This document shows, one piece after another, positions 56,736 through 64,000 of a stretch of 64,000 nt of DNA. Both the position numbers and the translations under genes were made by a program. The notes under the pieces were generated by a model that did not search any database, was not told where the DNA came from, and saw nothing but the letters and a program-made list of their open reading frames with translations. This stretch comes from Caldisericota bacterium (lineage in GTDB: Bacteria; Caldisericota; Caldisericia; JAAYUI01): contig JAKPMO010000002.1 of the NCBI GenBank assembly GCA_029548865.1, positions 96,001 to 160,000 on the forward strand, read 5' to 3'. Position 1 is the first letter of the stretch. Every line of letters starts with the position of its first letter.

Positions 56736-59021
56736 TTATTTACAGCCTGGTTTTGTGAGTGTTATCTGTTTGTTGGATGCGCTATAATTTACATTCGCAC
56801 CAAGGGCCTCGCTTACAAACCGTAATGGAATCATCGTTTTTCCCTTTACGATCTGTGGTGCTGCCTGGAGCTGAACAGGTGCGCCATCAACGACGGCTGT
56901 TTTTGAACCAATCTTCAATTCGACTTTCTTTCCAGCTTCAGTCACAAAGGAAATGACTTTGGTTGATGCTTCATATTTGAGCTCTACCCCAAATGATTCG
57001 GCCACAAACCTTATTGGAACAACTGTTACCCCAGAGGTAATCATTGGTGGGGCCTCCAGTTTGACTTTTTTGCCATTCACGAGTGTTTCATCTTTTCCAA
57101 TCCACATGATTATTGTCATTGGATCAGAAAATCCGACGACCTCAAAGGAAAGATCGATTTTGAATGCGTTGGATTTTATTTGTGCCATACCAGTGTTGTT
57201 TGTCTTGCTTAGGAGGTTTTTATTGATTATGAAAGCTATTGATACATCTTCGCCATCAAAAACGATTGGATTAACAATGAGCCATGGTGCTTTAACTATC
57301 ACATCACCATGATTGTAACCACTTAGCTTTACTATCTTTTTGAAAGCTTGTGTTTCGCTGCAACGGATGACAACCCTTTCACTTTTTGTCTGAGGTTCCT
57401 GTCCGCCACCAAAGGCCACCAGAACAGGAATGGTCTTTTTCCCTCCGTTTGATTTTATGTTGATGGATGATTTGTAGATTCCTGGCTTTAATTTGGCTAT
57501 GTCTGCTATGACGGTTATCTCTGTGCTGTTGCCAGAAAATTGTGTTGGGCTGACAAGGAGCCAGTCGTCATCGGAAGTCAATACCCCAGACAGCTCGCCT
57601 GATCCATCATTTTGGATCGCGATCTTTTTCGTAATGGCCTTTTTCTCGTTTGTGTAGCCAAAATTGAGCTCATTTTCTTCCACATAAAGAACAGGTGGTT
57701 TTACACCTATATTTGTGTAGCAACGATAGGAAAAATCACTTTTAACAGGATCAGTTTCTTTATGTTCCAGACGGTGCACTTCCATGCCTATCACAAGGTA
57801 ACCACTAACAACCGTCATTTCTGAAGGATTTGGGACACCTGGAATACTATCTTGCCAGAGTAGCATGCCATTTTCTGGATCGAAAGCCCTAAGTTTTGTG
57901 TTTAGTCCAGAATTGTCTTCGGTCATGGTGTAAAGAACACCGTTTGCCACAGTTGTTGTATGCCCTATGTCAGAACCTTCGATTGTGGATGTACCTTGTA
58001 GTGCTACTTGCCAGATTGTCTTGCCTGTTTCAAGATCGAGGCAATAGACCACTTTCGGCTGGTTTTTGTCCTTGCTCCCCCTCGATACTATATAGACCCT
58101 GTTGCCAAGAATTGATGGTGTTCCTGATGGCATCCCGCAATTGTCGGGGTCGCTTGATTCATAGTCAGACAACCTCTTGCTCCAGATTGTTTTTCCATCT
58201 TCAAGCGAAATGTAATTGAGTCTGTCATAAACGGTATTGACAAAGATACCTTTTTCGGTTCCGACTATGTATGAACCTCTCCCTATTCTTTCATTGTTTT
58301 GGATTTTCCATATCTCGGCGCCGGTGTTTTTGTCGAGTTTGTATATTGTTTTGAAGATTGAACCATAAAGATAATCACCCTGGACACAGAACCAGGGAAC
58401 CATAGTGATGTTGTATTCATAGGATTTCTTCCATATCAGCTTGCCGTTTTCCGCAGAATGGGCCTGGAAGAAAAATATCCTCTGGTCCTTATCGTTGTCG
58501 TCTTTCACATCTGAGTATGAAAGTGAATAAATTATGTCTCCATCGATAATAGCGCCTATAGTGTACCTTAGCCATTCTATTTCCCAAACCGTGGCCCTCG
58601 ATTCGCCATTTATCCTGCGTACCCAGCTGTACTGTTTTTCATTGGAGTAACCCTGGCAAATCAGATCACCTTTGTAAAGCGCCCATGGCCACCATGCTTC
58701 CTTGTATTCCCATGCTATTGAGCCAGAGGAGAGCACTCTTTTCTGAATGCTCGTCTGGTAAATGCCCTTTTCCGGTGGCTTCGACATTCCGAGGTAGCAT
58801 GCAGATCCTGATGCAAGTGGTGGTACTGCCCATATTGAGCCTTCTTGCCCCGTGTCCCATGAATAATCAAGTGGTGGCTGGATTTTTGCTGAGCTGGCGT
58901 GTCTTCTGTCTGGTGTGCAACCAGCCATTGACCATGAAGCATTGTTTGAAGCCCCAAAACTCCCCTGTGGTACGAAATTGATGGCGATGATTACTGTGAG
59001 GGCGATAGTAAACTTTTTCAT
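56736..59021 (-). CDS. Secreted PQQ-like beta-propeller protein with BACON-like and C-terminal stalk domains
   Basis: Signal peptide; GxxxW blades; IQNDGSGELSG..DDWLLVSPTQF; GKTMIPLRFVSEALGA. Confidence 0.85.
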   Translation of the reverse strand: MKKFTIALTVIIAINFVPQGSFGASNNASWSMAGCTPDRRHASSAKIQPPLDYSWDTGQEGSIWAVPPLASGSACYLGMSKPPEKGIYQTSIQKRVLSSGSIAWEYKEAWWPWALYKGDLICQGYSNEKQYSWVRRINGESRATVWEIEWLRYTIGAIIDGDIIYSLSYSDVKDDNDKDQRIFFFQAHSAENGKLIWKKSYEYNITMVPWFCVQGDYLYGSIFKTIYKLDKNTGAEIWKIQNNERIGRGSYIVGTEKGIFVNTVYDRLNYISLEDGKTIWSKRLSDYESSDPDNCGMPSGTPSILGNRVYIVSRGSKDKNQPKVVYCLDLETGKTIWQVALQGTSTIEGSDIGHTTTVANGVLYTMTEDNSGLNTKLRAFDPENGMLLWQDSIPGVPNPSEMTVVSGYLVIGMEVHRLEHKETDPVKSDFSYRCYTNIGVKPPVLYVEENELNFGYTNEKKAITKKIAIQNDGSGELSGVLTSDDDWLLVSPTQFSGNSTEITVIADIAKLKPGIYKSSINIKSNGGKKTIPVLVAFGGGQEPQTKSERVVIRCSETQAFKKIVKLSGYNHGDVIVKAPWLIVNPIVFDGEDVSIAFIINKNLLSKTNNTGMAQIKSNAFKIDLSFEVVGFSDPMTIIMWIGKDETLVNGKKVKLEAPPMITSGVTVVPIRFVAESFGVELKYEASTKVISFVTEAGKKVELKIGSKTAVVDGAPVQLQAAPQIVKGKTMIPLRFVSEALGANVNYSASNKQITLTKPGCK

Positions 59022-59040
59022 AACGCCTCCTTTTGAGGGA

Positions 59041-59069
59041 ATTCTATCTTTGCTTCAAATGCCAGTCAA
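59041..59069 (-). promoter_or_regulatory. Sigma70-type promoter of the 59021 gene (divergent from the transaldolase gene)
   Basis: Minus strand TTGACT-17nt-TAGAAT followed by AAAAGGAGG. Confidence 0.65.
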
Positions 59070-59098
59070 CTTAGATATAATGTCAAAGGAGGTTTAAC

Positions 59099-59782
59099 AT
59101 GCAGATATTTCTTGATACAGCTTCGGTAGAAGAGATAAAGAGGGCCCTTTCTTTTGGTGTTGTTTCAGGTGTGACAACAAATCCAACTCTGATGAGCAGG
59201 GAATCAGGTGCCAGCTTCAAAGACACCATTCTTAAAATTGCAGGGATGGTGCCGGGTCCAGTTTCAGCAGAAGTCACTGTTCATGATGCAAAGGGCATGA
59301 TCAATCAGGCAATGGAGATTACCGGGTGGTCCGACAGTGATGATTTCAGGGACAGGATAACCATCAAAATACCGATGACTTCTGAAGGAACATCGGCAAT
59401 AAAAGAGCTCAGCTCAAGGGGAATCTCTACGAATTGCACTCTGGTTTTCACCCCAGTTCAGGCGATGCTTGCCTGTGAGGCCGGAGCAACGTTTATTTCG
59501 CCGTTTGTTGGCAGGATAGATGATTCTGGGCTTGATGGAATGTCTGTTCTAAAGGATATTGTCTCGATGGTCAGGACGAATGGCTACGTTTCTCAGATAA
59601 TTGCAGCATCAATCCGTCATCCTGCGCATGTCTACGGAGCGGCAATGCTTGGTTGCGACATTGCAACCATCCCGTTTACAGTGCTGGAGCAGTGCTTCAA
59701 AAACCCACTAACTGATATTGGAATCAGGAAATTTGATGAAGATTGGAAGAAATTCCAGGCTTCTCAAGCTCCAAAAGCCTGA
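59099..59782 (+). CDS. tal: Small transaldolase / fructose-6-phosphate aldolase family
   Basis: FLDTA, GVTTNPTL, IKIP Schiff-base Lys, ISPFVGRIDD, AASIR. Confidence 0.92.
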   Translation: MQIFLDTASVEEIKRALSFGVVSGVTTNPTLMSRESGASFKDTILKIAGMVPGPVSAEVTVHDAKGMINQAMEITGWSDSDDFRDRITIKIPMTSEGTSAIKELSSRGISTNCTLVFTPVQAMLACEAGATFISPFVGRIDDSGLDGMSVLKDIVSMVRTNGYVSQIIAASIRHPAHVYGAAMLGCDIATIPFTVLEQCFKNPLTDIGIRKFDEDWKKFQASQAPKA

Positions 59783-60200
59783 TTTTCATTGTAAGATCGC
59801 CTGGTTTCCCCCCAAACCCGCCGATCCCATGTTTTGCCACTACCCTGTGGCAAGGAACAACAATCAGGATTGGGTTTTGGCCAAGCGCATTGCCGCAGGC
59901 CCTCTGTGAGTTTGGCCTGCCAATTTTTGCCGCGAGCCCGGAATAGGCAAGAACACTGCCATACGGTATCTCGCGGCATGCGTTCCATATTGCTTTCTGG
60001 AAATCGGTGCCATCAGGATCTATCTGGATGTCGAATGATTTTCTTTTGAGAGTAAAATATTCTTCAAGCTGAACCTCGAGGTTTTTTGCGCAATCCTCGA
60101 ATGCGTCACAGTCACCCTTTCCAAAACCAAGCCCGTTGAGCTTTCCATGGCGAAACACTGCCACCATTGGACCCCAGCTTGTTTTGAGGGTTTGTCTCAT
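59724..60200 (-). CDS. ogt: Methylated-DNA--protein-cysteine methyltransferase
   Basis: GTDFQKAIW, IPYG, RACGNA, NPILIVVPCHRVV active site. Confidence 0.93.
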   Translation of the reverse strand: MRQTLKTSWGPMVAVFRHGKLNGLGFGKGDCDAFEDCAKNLEVQLEEYFTLKRKSFDIQIDPDGTDFQKAIWNACREIPYGSVLAYSGLAAKIGRPNSQRACGNALGQNPILIVVPCHRVVAKHGIGGFGGKPGDLTMKIRLLELEKPGISSNLHQIS

Positions 60201-60994
60201 TTTGTCTCCCAGCTATCTAGAACGAGGGTGAAGGTCGTCTTTGGCGGTTCCCAGCCAGCCGGTTTCTTGGGGTTTGAATCTGGGTATGCCAGGAAACCCA
60301 TGTCTTGCTCATATCTTATTAATCTGTTGGTTTCCATATCATACCATACCCTTTCAACGATCTCGTTGCACCTTATTCCAGCGGCCCAGGCATTGTATTT
60401 CTTGCCCCTGACTTCCAGCTTTGTTGTTCCACCCATCCATATCATGCCCTGTGTTGGTTCTGCTGTTCGGTTGGCAAAGTATGTGAACAGCCTTTGTTTG
60501 TCTTTTTCATAGCCAAGCGTTGGCGTAAACCACATTACAGAATCTTCATCGTGGAATTCTTCATAGAATTTTACTTCTTTGCTATATGAACCGTTTGGAT
60601 ATTTGTTTGTCCAGCTGACATTTTTCTCTCCATATTTTGATTCGGTCTCGTTGAATCCATTCATTGTGCCTTTCCATTCCATCTTAAAGTAGGAATAAAG
60701 TGGCTTCCATGAGTTGGCATTAACTATTGAGGTAGTTTTCGATTTTATTTCGAAATCCTGGGGTTGGCGTGGATCTTTATAGGTATAATTGGCATCACTC
60801 TCTATTGTAAGGCTTTTTTGCCCTTCATAGACGCCTTCTTTGAACGTGTAAATCATTTTTCCAACATTTATATCATCTATAAAAATCTGGTATGTGGCCT
60901 TGGTTCCATTGCTGTAAAGCTTGTCGGTTGGGACACCTTGCCCGCATGAAGTCAGCATGATTGCTGCCAGTACCAGGAATGCCATTTTTTTCAT
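60197..60994 (-). CDS. Hypothetical lipoprotein (DUF3108-like)
   Basis: AGGAGG RBS; lipobox LTSC; beta-rich; stop overlaps the ogt start. Confidence 0.8.
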   Translation of the reverse strand: MKKMAFLVLAAIMLTSCGQGVPTDKLYSNGTKATYQIFIDDINVGKMIYTFKEGVYEGQKSLTIESDANYTYKDPRQPQDFEIKSKTTSIVNANSWKPLYSYFKMEWKGTMNGFNETESKYGEKNVSWTNKYPNGSYSKEVKFYEEFHDEDSVMWFTPTLGYEKDKQRLFTYFANRTAEPTQGMIWMGGTTKLEVRGKKYNAWAAGIRCNEIVERVWYDMETNRLIRYEQDMGFLAYPDSNPKKPAGWEPPKTTFTLVLDSWETK

Positions 60995-61081
60995 ATCAAT
61001 CGAACCTCCTGTTAAAGGTTATCATTGCACCCTACCTGGTCAAGGCTTGAAAGGTTCCCGAAACAAATGGATAATTCATCC

Positions 61082-63154
61082 ATGAGACGTTTGTCTGCTT
61101 TCCTTGTGGTGTTGGCAATTTCACAATCTTTTTGTTTTGCTGGCGGTATTTCATCGGCACCATTTCCGTTCAAAAAAACCTGTATTGTAGAACTGGCAAC
61201 GTCTGTAAACTGCAGCTATTGCCCTGTTGCGGAGAAGGCGCTCAAGGAGCTGGAATCTGAAAATGATCTATCCGATATGGTGATTTTTGCCCACCACTAC
61301 AAAGATTCGCTTTCGTGCTATGGTGGCAATTCGAGAATGGCAGAGTATGGGGTGAATGCCACTCCAATAGCGATCTTTAATGGCCAGGACTACTATGTTG
61401 GTGGTGATCCCAACTGCAAAGACCGCTACAGGCAGAAAATATCCGACCAGCTTTCGCAAACCAGCCCTTTCCTTGTGCATTTAATGGGCAAGATAGAGAA
61501 AAGCAAACTTAGTCTGACCGCCTGGGTTGTTGCCTGGGAATACCTCCCTCCGGATGTCAATTACACATTTCTGGTTGGCCGTCTAGACACAAAAACTGAT
61601 GGAAGGCATTATCCTTGGGTAACCAGAGATGTGGTGCCAAAACCTACTGGGACTCCGATAAAATTCTCAAACTTTTCGGTGACCAGATTTGAAGCTACTT
61701 ACGACCTGCTTTCCATACCAGAAGATGAGGTCTTTGCATCTTTTGTGCTTGAATCTTTTGCTAAAAAAAATATTTTTCAGGTGGCATCATGGCGTCCCGG
61801 GTGCCTGCAAGCAAGCTCATTTGAGCCATCGCTTGGCCTGAAGCTTGATACTTCCCCATCTTCTGTGACGATATCTTTCCCCACTGGCAAAAAGCTTGAA
61901 AAAATCGGGAAAGTTACCTTCGTGGATTCAAAGGGCAAGAACTACCAAGTTGTGCCGAAGCTTGATGGTGAAAAAGCGATTTTTACACCATCGGGCAAAT
62001 TGCCTGATGGAACATATCTTCTTTATATCGCGTCTGGGAAAGATGGCCTTTCCTCCGGCAGTTCAATCCTCAATTCGCCAGCATTCCTTTTCTTCAAAGT
62101 GGAAGAAAAAACGACTGTTCCAGACCCTCCTGAACCTCCGCCAACCAAACCTGCAAAGCTCCTGGTCGAGAAACTTGGTTTTGATCTTGGCGAGATACCG
62201 CGCAAGTCAGGACGTGAGCTGTATTTTGACATCAAGAACGAGGGTGATGAAAAGCTTTCTGGCAAGGTTGCCGTTGATTGTGAGTGGCTCTCTGTTGAAC
62301 CATCGACCTTTGATAATGCGCCTGCCACAATAAAATGCACGGTGGATACGGAAAAAATGAGACCAGGGGTTGATGAATCATGCATTATTTCAATAACCTC
62401 GAACGGTGGTGATGCAACAATTGGGGTCAAAGCTAGAACACACATGCTTCCGCCACTTCTTAACGTTGAACCAGCAGAGCTGAATTTTGGGGAGAATCTC
62501 GACAAGATCATAACTTTCGAAGTCAAAAACCTTGGCGAGTCAGTTATCTCTGGGACTGCCAAAAGCGCCCAATCATGGCTGTCAATTACGCCTGAGGAAT
62601 TCGGTGGAGACACCAATATCAATGTATCGATCAACAAAGCCGAAATACCCAAATTTGAAGAACCAGGCAAACATACAATTGAAGGTACGATAGTTGTTGA
62701 GACAAACGGCGGGCTCATTGAAATCAAAGTGAAAGCGATTGTTGTTGTCGAGAAACAGCCAATTGTGATTGAATTGATGGTTGGGACCCCGTTTGCAGTT
62801 GTTGATGGTAAAACCAAGCTCCTCCAAGCTCCTCCAATGATTGTATCCGGAAGAACCCTTGTTCCATTGAGGTTTGTTGCAGAAACTTTTGGTGGTCAGG
62901 TCCTGTGGGATCAGGCCACAAAAACAACCACGCTGAAATTTGAATCGAAAAAGGTTGAGATTTCTTTGCGTTCTGGCGAGGCAAAGGCCACAATAAAAGA
63001 TGAAACGGGAGTCAGAACAGTTGAACTTGTTCCAGGTCTGACAATAAAAAGTGGAACCAGTTTTGTCCCATTGAGATTTTTCTCGGAAGTTCTGGGTGCG
63101 ACTGTCGAGTGGTTTGCCCAGGAGAAGAGAATAAGGATAGTTTATTTGCCCTAG
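61082..63154 (+). CDS. Secreted thioredoxin-like/Omp28-like CxxC protein with Ig, two BACON-like and C-terminal stalk domains
   Basis: VELATSVNCSYCP, YGVNATPIAIFNG; two IKNxGxxxLSG..WLSxxP repeats; GRTLVPLRFVAE. Confidence 0.85.
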   Translation: MRRLSAFLVVLAISQSFCFAGGISSAPFPFKKTCIVELATSVNCSYCPVAEKALKELESENDLSDMVIFAHHYKDSLSCYGGNSRMAEYGVNATPIAIFNGQDYYVGGDPNCKDRYRQKISDQLSQTSPFLVHLMGKIEKSKLSLTAWVVAWEYLPPDVNYTFLVGRLDTKTDGRHYPWVTRDVVPKPTGTPIKFSNFSVTRFEATYDLLSIPEDEVFASFVLESFAKKNIFQVASWRPGCLQASSFEPSLGLKLDTSPSSVTISFPTGKKLEKIGKVTFVDSKGKNYQVVPKLDGEKAIFTPSGKLPDGTYLLYIASGKDGLSSGSSILNSPAFLFFKVEEKTTVPDPPEPPPTKPAKLLVEKLGFDLGEIPRKSGRELYFDIKNEGDEKLSGKVAVDCEWLSVEPSTFDNAPATIKCTVDTEKMRPGVDESCIISITSNGGDATIGVKARTHMLPPLLNVEPAELNFGENLDKIITFEVKNLGESVISGTAKSAQSWLSITPEEFGGDTNINVSINKAEIPKFEEPGKHTIEGTIVVETNGGLIEIKVKAIVVVEKQPIVIELMVGTPFAVVDGKTKLLQAPPMIVSGRTLVPLRFVAETFGGQVLWDQATKTTTLKFESKKVEISLRSGEAKATIKDETGVRTVELVPGLTIKSGTSFVPLRFFSEVLGATVEWFAQEKRIRIVYLP

Positions 63155-63816
63155 CGGACGCTTACTACAACTATCGAATCACCTTCAATGAAGGCTTTTT
63201 GAGTTCTGAGCTCCCTCTTTAGGCCCTGGGCCGATGGTGAAACCGCCACTTTGTCTGCAATTCTTAGTTGGACCGGCTCAAAATCCATTGCAATGATGTA
63301 GGATTCTCTATTTCCTTTGCAGCCGGCACAAACCCTTCCCCTGACTGCGCCCATGACGAAAACATTGCCTGTTGCAACAACCTCGGCCCCTGGGTTCACG
63401 TCTCCAGCAACAACTATATCACCTTCATATTCGACTGACTGCCCAGCCCTGAGAGTGTGGGAAATGACTTTGGTATTGCAGAGCTGCGGGCCTGTCTTGA
63501 AGAGTTTATCTTCCTCAATTTTTGGTTTTTCTTCTTCGCCCTGTACAGGAATGAGCGGAGCAACGTCGACGCCATACTTTAGTTTTAGCGATGACCTGAA
63601 GTAGTCGAATTCGTCTTTTGTGAATGCCCTTTCCTTTAGCGAAACCATGATCTGGTTTCCAGAGAAAAAACTTTTTGCTGACTTGATTTTTTGTTCCAGT
63701 TTTGAGAACAGCCTCACCAAGTCATATTTTTCATCGACGATCACGTTCACGCCGTCTATTGTTCCCTTGATTGTGACGGCATCATCCGGAATGGCTTTTC
63801 TTGGCATGGTGGCCAT
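63151..63816 (-). CDS. minC: Septum site-determining protein MinC
   Basis: VTIKGTIDGV; TLRAGQSVEYEGDIVVAGDVNPGAEVVATGNVFVMGAVRG; start at 63816 or 63807 (not 63870, which lies inside maf). Confidence 0.93.
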   Translation of the reverse strand: MATMPRKAIPDDAVTIKGTIDGVNVIVDEKYDLVRLFSKLEQKIKSAKSFFSGNQIMVSLKERAFTKDEFDYFRSSLKLKYGVDVAPLIPVQGEEEKPKIEEDKLFKTGPQLCNTKVISHTLRAGQSVEYEGDIVVAGDVNPGAEVVATGNVFVMGAVRGRVCAGCKGNRESYIIAMDFEPVQLRIADKVAVSPSAQGLKRELRTQKAFIEGDSIVVVSVR

Positions 63817-63821
63817 GTATT

Positions 63822-64000
63822 CTACATCAACCCTCTGTCCGAAGCAAGTGACATCAGCTCCACCACACATGATAGCGGAAGTCCCATGACATTGTCCAGT
63901 GGCCCGTCAATTCCGCTGACGAGAAGCCATCCCTTCTCCTGGATGCCATAAGCACCGGCTTTGTCCAGCGTGTTGACGTCTCTGATGTATGATTCGATTG
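63822..64000 (-). CDS. maf: Maf nucleotide pyrophosphatase, 3' end only (absent from the ORF track)
   Basis: Manual translation IESYIRDVNTLDKAGAYGIQEKG...GPLDNVMGLPL...RGLM-stop; maf-minC synteny. Confidence 0.9.
   Translation of the reverse strand, partial: IESYIRDVNTLDKAGAYGIQEKGWLLVSGIDGPLDNVMGLPLSCVVELMSLASDRGLM

Noticed and set aside
63817..63870. N-terminal extension of MinC in the ORF track
   Set aside because: Lies within the 3' end of maf in another frame; a promoter-like element points to a later start

Overview
Bacterial chromosomal window with no integrase, transposase, phage module or CRISPR array. The massive expansion of secreted proteins carrying copper-amine-oxidase-N-terminal ('stalk', PF07833-like) domains suggests an anaerobe, probably Caldisericota (inference, not a database result). 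Housekeeping content: tilS-hpt-ftsH-lipM-like cluster, fabZ-fabH-fabG-acpP-fabF-accD-accA operon, tRNA-Gln(CTG) and tRNA-Glu(CTC), formate/nitrite channel, acyl-CoA dehydrogenase, transaldolase/FSA, ogt, YprB-like exonuclease, minC and a partial maf. Eight stalk-domain proteins occupy about 25 kb of the 64 kb. Best leads: (1) a cohesin/dockerin surface system in which a dockerin-bearing subtilase could dock on stalk-anchored cohesin carriers; (2) a ~1800-aa surface protein that appears to be built from nested domain insertions; (3) a promoter-to-terminator ~84-nt structured sRNA candidate exposing an anti-Shine-Dalgarno tract; (4) several apparently leaderless genes; (5) a radical SAM gene resembling membrane-spanning-lipid synthases; (6) a CxxC plus membrane polyferredoxin redox module. 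Domain calls were made by eye from motifs and need HMM or structure confirmation.
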